The notes: generated by a model from the letters alone, not told the origin. Positions 48,701-57,648 are shown, numbered from the stretch's first letter. The stretch is DNA of 64,000 bases from Nitrosopumilaceae archaeon (GCA_965214835.1 CBDCCK010000002.1:3145352-3209351), one strand, 5' to 3'. Numbers and translations are program-made.

Positions 48701-51213
48701 GCAGTGGCCGTGTTGCCAAAGTCATCCGTGGCAGTCCACGTGACTGTGGTGTCGCCTATGGGAAACGACTCTGGTGCGTCGTTTGTTATCGCCGGGTCGG
48801 GATCCAGATTGTCGATGGCAGTGGCCTGCCCTATGGATACGGCAGTCAGCACGCCGGTGGCCTCGGCCGTGACGTCGGCGGGCGCGGTGATTACGGGGTC
48901 AGTCGTGTCCGAGGGTCCGCCTCCGTCACTTTCCATGACTGCAACATTGTCTATCTCGACGTGCTCGCTTGAGGAGCTGGACTTTGCCACGAACCTGATC
49001 TTTGCGGTGTCCTCCGTGATGTCCAGGGACAGGGACTCGCTGCTCCACGAGCCGCTGTCCTCGCGGTTGTTGTGGGTATAGCTTGCAAGATTGATCCAGT
49101 TGGTTCCATCTGCAGAGTACTCTACAAACAGGCCCTCCCCGGCATCGACGCTGGAGTCAACGAACCTGTCAAAGGAGACGGTCAGCGCGTCCTGCGTGTC
49201 AAACGTCGAGGATGTCGTGGCGATGCAGTCAGTGTCGCAGTTGCTCGATATGAGCGCCTGGTTTGTCCGGCTGTTCTCGCCGGGCACGTCCTCGTCGGGG
49301 TCCCCGATCTCCCAGTCAGAGTCGCCGGACAGGTCCCACTTTGAGAGGTCCGACTCAAAGTCGTCTGCGAACTCCGTGACCGGGACGACGAGGTCGTATG
49401 GGAACTTGTCTATCCCGTGCGTGCTTGCCAGGGTGTACGGCTCGCCGATGGCAGTCGTCAGCGTCCCGTCGGAGCTCACGGTGATGGTGTAGAATCCGGT
49501 CTCCGGCGCGTCAAACACGACGAACTCGTTGTTCTGGACGTCAGAGTCGCTCGTCCTTGTCACGCCGTTGGGAAACGTCACCGCCAGGTCATAGTTGTGG
49601 TACTGGCTTGGAAGCTGGATGTGGGGGCTGCCGATTGGAAGGGTGGGCGACAGTACCGTGCCTCTCGGATGCACCAGCCAGGACAGCAGCACCTTTACCT
49701 GCTCGCCTGCGCCTGCGTAGATCCTGTACGAGTTTGCATCAAAGTCGCCTGAGCTTTGGTCGTACAGGACGTTCGGGTACTGGTTGTCGTTGGCATAGTC
49801 AAGTGATCTCGTTGCGTTGAGTATGCCAAAGCCGTACCGGTTCATGGTATCGTATATCCCGGCCCTCCGGTTATCATAGTCTGCTGCCGTCGCCGGCGTG
49901 TCTGCCTGCCAGTCTGCGCCGAGCAGCAGTGCGGACTTTATCTCCAGATGCCGGTAGTCCGGCTGCTTTTCTAGGATCAGGGCACTGGCGCCTGCCACAA
50001 AGGCGGTGGCAAAGCTCGTGCCGCTGTCTATTTCATAGTCACGGTTTATCATATTTCTGCGATCTGCGGCCCGTGCAAGGTCAAGATCTACGCCGATTGC
50101 GGTTATCTCGGGCTTTATTCTGGGTGAGTCGCCGCCAGGGGTGTTGAACTGGGCAGGTCCGGGAACGCTGTCACTCCACAGGATTCTGTCCTTGTCGACT
50201 GCACCTGCGCTGATGTAGTTAAAGCCGCATGCCAGCTTCTGTATGTGTGGCGGGGGAAACGCCGCCGTGTTATCTGGTTTGTTTCCGATGGCCATGGAAA
50301 AGCTCAAGCCCTCGTGTACCGCCCTGTCGGTGACAATGGTGAGGGCAGAATAGTCGTTGCATCCATAACTTTCAGTATTTGCCAGTATTGAAAGTGCCAC
50401 AGTGATATCGCTGGTCATCATCTCATCAAGTGCCCTGGCAAAGGTATTTTTTGCCACGGAACTCTCACCCACGTGAGTCACGCCAGCTAAGCGAGCGTCG
50501 TGTATCATGGAGTCTGGTGCCATCCCCGCCATTGCGGGGTTGGTGCTGTTGGATGCTATGACTGCGGAAGTCGAAGTGGCACGGTTGGTACCGGCCAGCA
50601 GTGAAGCATTAATGCATTGGAGTTGGGTGCATAGGAGCGAGGCAGCATTCTTGTTTTGCAGATCAGGGTGTGTAAAATCCGTGCCCGTACCAATCAGTCC
50701 AACGGTGATCTCCCTGCCAGTATACGGATACACGTCGGAGCCTACGTTGGTGGCGCCAACTACGGCCTTGGCCTGCGCCAGTGTCAGTGCCGGCGGTAGT
50801 CTTGACGGTGATGCCGACGATGTCATTTCCCCATGTCCGTCTCCAAGCTTGTAGACGTGATCATAGCCTGCCAGCTCCGCTATCCTGTTCACCGGGACGT
50901 CGGCGATGAGAAAGTCCAGGCTCTTTGACTTGAATATGTCCCGCGAGCCCATCTCCCTTAGCGTTTGCTCCAATCCGTCTTCGTATCCGTCATCTGTGAC
51001 TATTATTACGGAATGTGCAGCCAGTGTTGCGTTGTCCGAACTGTCTGCCCTTCCATGCGATGTCATGTTCTGCATGTGCTGGATCTTTTCATAAAAGCCG
51101 TCATCGAACTTGTACAGGTTGTCTTGTACCTCACCTGACTCTGAGAATGACAAAGCCGGAACGGAGAGCAAGACTGGCAGCAGGATGGCAAGACATGCGA
51201 CTGCTTGGTTCAT
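45727..51213 (-). CDS. Giant secreted protein: degenerate subtilase (S8), beta-sandwich domains, 7 HYR/Ig-like repeats, 2 unknown repeats, LamG
   Basis: Signal peptide; IGTGTDFTHPDL, AIGN, KPEITAIG and SGTSFATAFVAG; DTTPPxITAP...TWTATD repeats; C-terminal FSIAFW...WHHIAFTYDG...LDELRVY. Confidence 0.88.
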   Translation of the reverse strand: MNQAVACLAILLPVLLSVPALSFSESGEVQDNLYKFDDGFYEKIQHMQNMTSHGRADSSDNATLAAHSVIIVTDDGYEDGLEQTLREMGSRDIFKSKSLDFLIADVPVNRIAELAGYDHVYKLGDGHGEMTSSASPSRLPPALTLAQAKAVVGATNVGSDVYPYTGREITVGLIGTGTDFTHPDLQNKNAASLLCTQLQCINASLLAGTNRATSTSAVIASNSTNPAMAGMAPDSMIHDARLAGVTHVGESSVAKNTFARALDEMMTSDITVALSILANTESYGCNDYSALTIVTDRAVHEGLSFSMAIGNKPDNTAAFPPPHIQKLACGFNYISAGAVDKDRILWSDSVPGPAQFNTPGGDSPRIKPEITAIGVDLDLARAADRRNMINRDYEIDSGTSFATAFVAGASALILEKQPDYRHLEIKSALLLGADWQADTPATAADYDNRRAGIYDTMNRYGFGILNATRSLDYANDNQYPNVLYDQSSGDFDANSYRIYAGAGEQVKVLLSWLVHPRGTVLSPTLPIGSPHIQLPSQYHNYDLAVTFPNGVTRTSDSDVQNNEFVVFDAPETGFYTITVSSDGTLTTAIGEPYTLASTHGIDKFPYDLVVPVTEFADDFESDLSKWDLSGDSDWEIGDPDEDVPGENSRTNQALISSNCDTDCIATTSSTFDTQDALTVSFDRFVDSSVDAGEGLFVEYSADGTNWINLASYTHNNREDSGSWSSESLSLDITEDTAKIRFVAKSSSSSEHVEIDNVAVMESDGGGPSDTTDPVITAPADVTAEATGVLTAVSIGQATAIDNLDPDPAITNDAPESFPIGDTTVTWTATDDFGNTATATQTVTIQDTTPPWITAPADRTAEATGVLTVTSIGQATAIDIADPDPTITNDAPASFSLGDTVITWTATDDSGNAATATQTVTVQDTTPPSITAPADHTAEATGVLTTISIGQATATDNLDPDPVITHDAPESFPLGDTIVTWTATDDFGNMATVTQTVTIQDTTLPSITAPLDVTTEASGVLTVTSIGQATATDNLDPDPAITNDAPESFPLGSTTVTWTATDDSGNAATDTQTVTIQDTTLPSITAPPDVTTEASGVLSIISIGQATATDTADPDPAITNDAPESFPLGDTIVTWTATDSSDNAATATQTVTIQDTTPPSITAPADHTAEAAGIMTILNAGDYGTPTVSDIADPSPTITNDAPESFPLGNTTVTWTAADSSGNEATAAQTVTIQDTTPPAISGLRNISVDDPAGRGMEVSYDAPTATDLVDGAVAVSCTHESGSTFAPGFTEVSCMATDGSANSLRDWFIIHVDASDAILDVSQTVSTGRSTWSVTGPDRIFAGQTFEYTVTLEDGARPREEALAVYSAAPDTRYLGWHDPDADCQTILCAGFPEQKHNTYKIASDEDSPYTAMHNKMKKSRSSHTILLQPAADAPAGAQATVGMLDASYNPVGGIPVTVMPPSTRTVTDGDTTWRITGPDRIFPGQTFEYTVTLDGTRHQHDALAIYSDSLTVDDFGGLADDSACGTTVCTDFPGQRRRTMELDNHAGSSYDVRYHTINAPGSQYTILLRIADDADAGGTFRVGLVDGDGSPMGGIRVTIADPVTVTAPYEELVAGLSFEGSLADITGDNNGTAAGGISYVEGRIGRGLQLDGSTNVTLAGEADFDFGRTDPFSIAFWLRQDAPVNGSTMIMSKAESFGHTGSYVWVWGGAPNRVLLSIHDNSTFINVHTPQHMNMSDGAWHHIAFTYDGSGAKEGLNAYIDGEHRDYDHFRRGQGLAGDTTNDHAFTVRTTSWGDPDRIDSVLDELRVYGAELSARQVRLLHAAGLG
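47275..48910 (-). repeat. HYR-domain repeat array (7 units of about 76 aa)
   Basis: Repeated DTT(P/L/D)P...NDAPESFPLG.T.VTWTATD..GN.AT.TQTVTIQ. Confidence 0.85.
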
Positions 51214-51605
51214 GCCTTAAGATTATCATGGTGTTTTATAAAAGACGTTTGCATGGGGCGCAGGTAATCGGCTGGGCCACCCCGGTTTTCAGCCATGCCC
51301 AAATCATCTTGCAACAAGATTCGTGCCTGCATGTTGCAACGACCTTGACCTCTCACAGGTGCAGTCTTCCCAGATATGACTCACGGATGCACCGGAGGAT
51401 GGTGTTCGGACAGCATGCTGGGCAGCGGTGAGGTCGGGATCGCACGGATAAGTGATTGTCCAAGCTGGGCACCACACACATGACGTAGATCAAGGCGGCC
51501 AGGGCGAGCCGTTGCCTGCCGGGATAGCTGTGCATCCATAGTCTGCAGCGGCCGTGCAGGACAGCGTGTGCCGGCACGCCCACATGTGGCGTACCATGTG
51601 CCGGC

Positions 51606-53018
51606 TCACCTGCCGCTCTGGGACGGGTCGGACAGCCTTCCGATGAACAGTATGTTGCCCGTCTCCATGTCCTGTATGACAAAGACAAACGGGTGGTCTG
51701 CTGTAAACGTCGGAGGCCCTGACGAACTAGATGCTATTATAGTTGTGGCCCCGGCCTCCGTCCCCTTTTCGTTTACGTTTATGAACGCCTTGTGGACTGC
51801 GTCTGACACGTGCAGCCGCTCGTCCCCGGCGATGCCAGAAAGGTCGGCCCCCTCGCCAAAGATCGAGGTCACGCCCATCGCGGACAGGTCCTCTCTTAGA
51901 TTGTACGAGATGTCAAGGCTGAATCTTGGAAAATAGACCTGCAGTATTTTATCTACAAGATCTCCCTTCCACTCCTCGAGGCTCTCGGCGCTCAGCATCC
52001 CCTCCAGCTCGCCTATCCCGCCCTTTTCGTTTGGCAGCAGTACTAGCATGGAGATGCGGTCGCCCACGTACGGCATCTCAAGGATCTGGTGCGTGCCCAC
52101 GTTTGCGTGCCTGTAGCCAACATCCTTTGTGTACATCATCGGAACCGTTACCTTTTTGTCGGGGGTCGCCCAGAACGGGTAGTCCTCGATGGTACTGCCT
52201 CCGCCAAACGTGTTCACCCAGTCGCCCTTGAAGTATACTGTATTCGTTATGACCAGCGGCGTTGCGGCGCCGACGGAGCCGGGCGCCATGACCTCTTTTA
52301 TCCTGCCGCCGGTGTTATCTGACACCCACCCGTTAATCGTCTTGACCGCGTCACCGGACCCAAAGTCCACCATCTCCACGCCGCTGTCGTAGTATATCCT
52401 TGCGGTCTGCACGTACTCCTCTAGCGGCTCGAGCCATTCTGCAAGCCACAGTGCGTTTGCAACCGACAGCCGGTACTCTGTGTCGGGCCTGTTCAGATCC
52501 ACCATTGCCGAGCCAAACTGCAGGCGTTTTTCCTCCGGAAACCCGAACGCATCTGTGAGCTCGTCCCTCGTGTCGCCCCCCGCCCCCTCGTGTGCGAGTG
52601 CAAAGGCGCTGGAGATGCTCCACGGTGAGAATACGATGTTTTTGCCCTCCTGCCTGGCTACGTGTGAGTAAAAGTCGACTGCAAAGTCGTTGTTTGCTGA
52701 CACGATCCCAGAATAGTCCGAAATCTCGACTGGCACCAGGCCGCCGGCCTGCAGCAGCAGGTGCGTGGACTCGGCGGTGCCGGCATCTGGTATAGTTACG
52801 GTCCACCCCATCCTTTCTGCAGTGTTATCCCTCACGCATACTGCGCCGCCGGTGTCGCGCACGACCAGCACGAGCCCCTCCCTGCACAGGACCCCGTCGG
52901 GAGAGACGCCGGCTGCAAGCTGCTTTAGCGGGGGCGGTGGCACCTCTGCGTGCGCGGTGGCAGCGGCAGCTGCTGCCAGAACGAGGAAAAGTCCTGTTAC
53001 GGCAAGGCGCCTGATCAT
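51606..53018 (-). CDS. Secreted serpin (serine protease inhibitor)
   Basis: NIVFSPWSI, NTVYFKGDW, hinge EKGTEAGATT, FTADHPFVFVI and ILFIGR; signal peptide. Confidence 0.95.
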   Translation of the reverse strand: MIRRLAVTGLFLVLAAAAAATAHAEVPPPPLKQLAAGVSPDGVLCREGLVLVVRDTGGAVCVRDNTAERMGWTVTIPDAGTAESTHLLLQAGGLVPVEISDYSGIVSANNDFAVDFYSHVARQEGKNIVFSPWSISSAFALAHEGAGGDTRDELTDAFGFPEEKRLQFGSAMVDLNRPDTEYRLSVANALWLAEWLEPLEEYVQTARIYYDSGVEMVDFGSGDAVKTINGWVSDNTGGRIKEVMAPGSVGAATPLVITNTVYFKGDWVNTFGGGSTIEDYPFWATPDKKVTVPMMYTKDVGYRHANVGTHQILEMPYVGDRISMLVLLPNEKGGIGELEGMLSAESLEEWKGDLVDKILQVYFPRFSLDISYNLREDLSAMGVTSIFGEGADLSGIAGDERLHVSDAVHKAFINVNEKGTEAGATTIIASSSSGPPTFTADHPFVFVIQDMETGNILFIGRLSDPSQSGR

Positions 53019-53062
53019 GGCAGGACTACGGACATGTTTCTAAAAAGGCTACCGCCGCGTGT

Positions 53063-54256
53063 GGGGTTGTCCAATTTTTTTCCGCAGGCTGCCAATTTGC
53101 CCCCGATATAGGCAGTCTCAGACGGCAATATAGAGCACTTGGCGGCCCCGGACGGCCAGAACGGCGCATACAGCAACGCAAATATCCATGCAGGCCATAC
53201 CTTACGGTAGTGTTGCGGTCCAACAGTACGGGATTTGTGATGATTTACACCGTAAGGTTGTAGCACAACACGCGAGCGAACAGCTCTACAGTGATGGTTC
53301 CGTCCAGCTTTGCACGCAGGACGGATCCAGCCCTTTCCTTCATTACCGAGAACAGGGACTCTGCCTGGCTCCTCTTGTGATAGGCCTGCCAGAACTCGTC
53401 TGGCCTGTCACGCAGCCACTGCAGCATCCTGGCCCGGGCGCCAAACCCGCGTGGCTTTTCATGCCCCTTTGCCGGCTTTATGACAGGTCCGCGGCCGCTC
53501 TTTGCAATCAGCTCGCAGTTTTTGTACGAGTCGTATGCCGAATCCAGCGCCACGATTCCGTATCCGCCCTTGGGGATGCGGCTCATCATGCGGGCAAACT
53601 CCGGCGAGTCCCCCGACGTGCCCGGCGTGGCCTCAAATGACAGTATCTTGCCCCCGATTGCAGCAATTGCGTGCAGTTTTGCAAAGTCGTGTCCGGTCAC
53701 CTCCCCATGTTTTGCGTGGCTCCAGCTCTTGTACTTGCGGAGGCCGAATCCCGTCGAGTCGCCGTGCAGGTCCGCTATGCGCTCGCCTTCGGACATGGCC
53801 AGTACGACCTCGTCCATAAAGTCCTTGCCCATTCTCCAGAGCATGGTCATCCTGTTGTGCAGCGTCGACTTGGAGAGCGTACGACTCAGGCCGCATCTCC
53901 TGAGATCGTCCGGGTTTGACTCCAGGTGCGTGACCATCCTCCTGTAGGACAGGCGATTCTCGATTCTGAGGATCGCAATGCGTATGGCAGACCACGCAAG
54001 GCCGGCATCGATTCCCGTTTCGGCGGCCATCTTCTTGGCCACCCTGCGTACGATCTTTCCCAGGTTCCTCCTTGTCCTCTTCTTGCGGGAGCTCTCCTGC
54101 CTGCGCTTTTGCTCGTAAAGGCGGTTATAGTCCGTGTCCTTCCTGTTGTTGCTCATTGGGATATCCAGGATCGGCAGATCAAAATCATTTTCGGCGCCGT
54201 GCGCTCATGATCTATAAGCTTGTCGGTCGTTTTGCGGAAATTTTTTGGACAACCCC
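53063..54256. mobile_element. IS5-family insertion sequence (about 1.19 kb)
   Basis: TIR GGGGTTGTCCAA...TTTCCGCA / TGCGGAAA...TTGGACAACCCC flanking a transposase. No TSD visible. Confidence 0.85.
53245..54156 (-). CDS. IS5-family DDE transposase
   Basis: GDSTGF, KLH, LDSAYDS and YHKRSQAESLFSVMK. Confidence 0.9.
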   Translation of the reverse strand: MSNNRKDTDYNRLYEQKRRQESSRKKRTRRNLGKIVRRVAKKMAAETGIDAGLAWSAIRIAILRIENRLSYRRMVTHLESNPDDLRRCGLSRTLSKSTLHNRMTMLWRMGKDFMDEVVLAMSEGERIADLHGDSTGFGLRKYKSWSHAKHGEVTGHDFAKLHAIAAIGGKILSFEATPGTSGDSPEFARMMSRIPKGGYGIVALDSAYDSYKNCELIAKSGRGPVIKPAKGHEKPRGFGARARMLQWLRDRPDEFWQAYHKRSQAESLFSVMKERAGSVLRAKLDGTITVELFARVLCYNLTV

Positions 54257-54568
54257 GATTACGCATAAAGTCTAATATTCTCAAATGATCTGATGATAAC
54301 CAAAGAATGATTAAAAATATCATGAATCTTGAGGGGCAAAAAGTTCAAAAGATTCCGAGACGTGTAGTACATCGTGACAGGATAGAAAGGGAAATAGCCA
54401 ATACCCTCAGATTTTGTAAACTCCGTGTTTTCATGGTCATTTGACTCCTGTCATGATTCTTGACATTCCTCCGTACATGATATTATGATTTTAAAATTGG
54501 TTATCTGTGGTTAATGATAGCCCGTGGATGGTTGGTTTTATCTCGTCGGCTTAGCTATGGTATGGAGT

Positions 54569-54707
54569 CTGAGGAAGTTCTTCATTCAGGTAGGACTCAA
54601 GGGGCTGGGACGGCTCTGACGTCCCAGAAGGTTGTCGGGGGTCAAGGGCCCCCGTAGGGGCCCGGGCGGGCCGGTCTCGTTTCTCGTGTGTGGTGGTATA
54701 ATGCGAG
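54569..54707. other. Conserved three-hairpin element, copy A
   Basis: CTGAGGAAG-TT-CTTCATTCAG, CTGGGACG..CGTCCCAG and GGGCCCC-CGTA-GGGGCCC, then TAATGCGAG. Four copies are present in the window. Confidence 0.65.
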
Positions 54708-54738
54708 AGGTCTGGTGTGTGGGAGTTGAAATCATGGG

Positions 54739-55083
54739 GCAAAAAATAGTGAAAGTATGGATTTGTGAGTGCAAAAAATAGTGAAAGTATGGATTTGTGA
54801 GTGCAAAAAATAGTGAAAGTATGGATTTGAAAAGTAGTGAAAGTAGTGAAAATAGTGATTTGAAAAGTAGTGAAAGTAGTGAAAATAGTGATTTGAAAAG
54901 TAGTGAAAGTAGTGAAAATAGTGATTTGAAAAGTAGTGAAAGTAGTGAAAATAGTGATTTGAAAAGTAGTGAAAATGTAGCTTTTTGAAGCCTGAAAATA
55001 GTGAAAAGCTACATTATGTTGAACCGGAAGTAGTGAAAATGTAGCTTTTTGAAGCCTGAAAATAGTGAAAAGCTACATTATGT
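54739..55083. repeat. Hierarchical tandem repeats with core AAA(A/G)TAGTG
   Basis: About 3x 32 bp, 4x 33 bp, then about 2x 64 bp; the last units contain the inverted pair AATGTAGCTTT/AAAGCTACATT. Confidence 0.9.
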
Positions 55084-55135
55084 ACATTTTGCAAAAAAAC
55101 TCTGGCCCTTAAATCAAAGAACACGGTTACAGTAT

Positions 55136-55402
55136 GTGTCTGAAAGAAAACACTACAGAAAGGTGCGCAGGCAGGGCGACAGCCTCATCGTTACGGTTCC
55201 AAAGGCGCTGGCAGACGATCTCGGCATTGCCGAGGGCCAGCTCGTCGAGTTCGGGGCGCACCCGGACAGGCTGGAGCTGATCCCCGCGCATACAGCAGAT
55301 GTCCCGGAGAAGGGCAGGACCAAGTACGACAGGGTTCTGGACGACATGATGAGGGAGACGGATCTGTCTGCAGAAAAGCTCAAAAAACTCCACATCAAAT
55401 GA
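55136..55402 (+). CDS. AbrB/MazE/SpoVT-family DNA-binding protein (cassette A)
   Basis: RKVRRQGDSLIVTVPKALADDLGIAEGQLVEF; TATA-like CTTAAAT about 26 bp upstream of GTG. Confidence 0.85.
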   Translation: MSERKHYRKVRRQGDSLIVTVPKALADDLGIAEGQLVEFGAHPDRLELIPAHTADVPEKGRTKYDRVLDDMMRETDLSAEKLKKLHIK

Positions 55403-55832
55403 CACCAGTCCTGACATCCGTCCCTCTTTTTCGTCAAGGCCGGCGAGGATCTCGTGAACCTTTGGGTTCCTTGACCACACGTGACACTGCTCAAAGCCAA
55501 GTTTTTCCGCTTTGCCATGTTGTATCTGACATGCCCGGGACGGCTTTATCCGGAGCTGCGGACTCTGCTTTTAGGGCATCCTGCAACCACAGGCGACAAG
55601 GCCCCCGTCCTGTCCTTGGGAAGATGATCTCCCCGGATGATTCCTATGACAGCCAATGAGTGATTAAAAATTACAGATTTTTGGCGTGCAAAAGATTCAA
55701 AAGATTCCGAGACACATGATGTATCATGACAGGATAGAAAGGGAAATAGCCAATATCCTCAGAATTGATAAACTCTGTTTTTCATGTTCTTGATTCCTGC
55801 CATGGTTCTTGATATTCCTCCGGACATGACAC
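55399..55832 (-). pseudogene. Decayed ORF of unknown family repeated in the cassettes
   Basis: MSCPEEYQEPWQ..EFINSEDIGYFPFYPV...HVRYNMAKRK.LGFEQCHVWSRNPKVHEIL, with stops and frameshifts. Homologous pieces at about 54280-54480, 56530-56754 and 58070-58190. Confidence 0.5.
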
Positions 55833-55935
55833 TAATTTTGAAATCAATCATCCGGGGTTAACTGTAATGATTCCCGGTTGGCGGGCATGATTTCATCCTG
55901 TCTATCCAAAGACGATTGCCTGATTCAATGGGATA

Positions 55936-56071
55936 TGAGGGAATTTTTCACTCAGGTAAAGATAAGGGACTGGGACGGTTCGGCGTCCCGGAAGGCTGTG
56001 GGGGGTCAGGGGGCCCTTCGGGGGCCCTTGTGTTCTGGTTTCGTTTTTCGTGTTTTGTGTATTAATGCGAG
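55936..56071. other. Conserved three-hairpin element, copy B
   Basis: TGAGGGAA-TT-TTTCACTCA, CTGGGACG..CGTCCCGG and GGGCCC-TTCG-GGGGCCC, then TAATGCGAG. Confidence 0.65.
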
Positions 56072-56107
56072 TTGAAATTCCGTTACTGGCCCTCGGAGAT
56101 TAGGGCC

Positions 56108-56193
56108 TTTGGCGCCATTTTTTGGCGCCTTTGGCCCCTGTCGGGCAGGTACCAAACGCACCTTTGGCGCCATTTTTTGGCGCCTTTGGCACC
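56108..56193. repeat. Six copies of TTTGGC(G/C/A)CC
   Basis: Direct 9-bp repeats immediately before the CTTAAAT box of the cassette B gene. Confidence 0.85.
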
Positions 56194-56228
56194 GAGTCTT
56201 AAATGAATATCCAACATTTGCTGACGGC

Positions 56229-56537
56229 ATGGAAAAAATACATGAGCGAAGGCTCCGCATCAAGGACAATTGTTCATTTTTTGTGGTCGTTCCGTCCGTG
56301 ATGGTACAAAGCCTAGGTTTGAGATCAGGCGAACACATACGGTTCCACGACCTTGGCGGCAAAATCGTGCTGACACCGGGTGGAAAGAGCCTGTCAAAAA
56401 AGGACCTCACAGACATTGACCGATATGAGCGGGTCTTTGATGAGGCAATGAGGGAATGCAGACAAAAGAACGAAGGCTCCCCCGCCGGAGAGGCCGCCCC
56501 TAGGACGAGTGCCTTGGAAAAATTCAGGATCAAATAG
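56229..56537 (+). CDS. AbrB/MazE-like DNA-binding protein (cassette B)
   Basis: RRLRIKDNCSFFVVVPSVMVQSLGLRSGEHIRF..GKIVLTP; the tail DRYERVFDEAMRE...LEKFRIK parallels KYDRVLDDMMRE...LKKLHIK. Confidence 0.8.
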   Translation: MEKIHERRLRIKDNCSFFVVVPSVMVQSLGLRSGEHIRFHDLGGKIVLTPGGKSLSKKDLTDIDRYERVFDEAMRECRQKNEGSPAGEAAPRTSALEKFRIK

Positions 56538-56856
56538 ACATCAGCCTTACGTCTCTTTTCTCCTCATCCACAAGGGAGGCGTGAATCTGGTGTATCTGGG
56601 GGCTTTTGGACCATATGTGACACCTGTCAAGCCCTATCTTTTTCCACTTTGTCATGTTGTATATTACGTGCTCCCAATGGCTGTTTACAACTCTGTTTTT
56701 CATGTTTTGGTTCCTGCCATGTTTTCTGACAGTTTCGGCCCCTTCCCCAGACATGACATAATTATGAAATCTTGAGATTAGTCCTCTGTGATTAATCGTA
56801 ATGATTTCAGCCAGCGAGGATATCTCGGCCCTCGATCCGGAATGACAGTGTGGGGT

Positions 56857-56996
56857 CTGAGGAAGTTCTTCACTCAGGTGAAGATAAGGGACCGGGACGA
56901 CTCTGACTCCCCGGAAGGCTGTGTGGGGTCAGGGGCCTCGTTGAGGGCCCCGGGCATCCTGGTCTTGTTTTTTGGAAAATCACGGGGTAATGCGAG
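56857..56996. other. Conserved three-hairpin element, copy C
   Basis: CTGAGGAAG-TT-CTTCACTCAG, CCGGGA..TCCCCGG and GGGGCCTC-GTT-GAGGGCCCC, then TAATGCGAG. Confidence 0.65.
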
Positions 56997-57022
56997 TCAG
57001 CCTGCCACGAATGTCTTTGCAA

Positions 57023-57140
57023 GTAACAGGTTAGCCCCTGCCTAAGCAGCAATCAGGCATGAATCTGCCTGCAGTTGTGATTTTCATGCCTGGCCGGCAA
57101 GGGATGCAACTCCAACTCTAGGCAGGGGCTAACCTGTTAC
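57023..57140. mobile_element. IS66-derived MITE (118 bp)
   Basis: Perfect 22-bp TIR GTAACAGGTTAGCCCCTGCCTA with an 8-bp TSD CTTTGCAA. The empty site is seen at about 58445, and the right TIR matches the IS66 end at 16157. Confidence 0.92.
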
Positions 57141-57221
57141 CTTTGCAAAGCTTGCAAGGTTTTTTTGCAAAGCTTGCAAAAACGTGCCCTGAGTTTGTTT
57201 CAAGCTCTGAATGCATGTAAC

Positions 57222-57524
57222 TTGTACAAAAAACATGGCCCAGAGTCATCTGCGGGCACAGCAGTGGGGCAGTCGTGTCCAGCGTCCCAAAGAGACTTGC
57301 ATACAAGCTGTGGCTTGGAGCATAGAGGGGGGGAGGGGTTTCTCCTGACGGGCGAGTCAGACGGCACGACAATGGCAAAGCCGATGAAGGCAAGGCTTGC
57401 AAAAAAGGATCTCAAGACGGGCGGTGTGGACGGCGCGCCCTCAAAGGCGCGGGACAGGCCCAGACACGACAATTCCTTTGATGATCCCGGCTTTGATCCG
57501 CTCTCAAGGCCGGAGATCAAATGA
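57222..57524 (+). pseudogene. AbrB-like pseudogene (cassette C)
   Basis: RVICGHSSGAVVSSVPKRLAYKLWLG in one frame and ...LSRPEIK* in another. Confidence 0.55.
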
Positions 57525-57534
57525 TGATTACACA

Positions 57535-57648
57535 TGCAACGGTTGCCAGTAGCAGGGAAGAAAAGTTCCCGCTAGTGGGCTACTGTAGTCCACTACAGGG
57601 AAGAAAAGTTCCCGCTAGTGGGCTACTGTAGTCCACTACAGGGAAGAT
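57535..57648. repeat. 43-bp palindrome-containing tandem repeat
   Basis: CAGGGAAGAAAAGTTCCCGCTAGTGGGCTACTGTAGTCCACTA x2 plus partial units. Confidence 0.85.

Noticed and set aside
54797-54988. ORF MSAKNSESMDLKSSESSENSDLK...
   Set aside because: A by-product of the 33-bp repeat period; there is no evidence of coding.
54739-55083. Possible CRISPR array
   Set aside because: The units are contiguous tandem repeats with no unique spacers, and there are no cas genes in the window.
56788-57045. ORFs containing WGLRKFFTQ (resembling the integrase HSLRKFF box)
   Set aside because: The frame is not preserved across the four copies while the hairpins are, so it is treated as non-coding.
57535-57648. 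43-bp repeats as a mini-CRISPR
   Set aside because: The variable parts are palindromic and identical within an array, unlike spacers.
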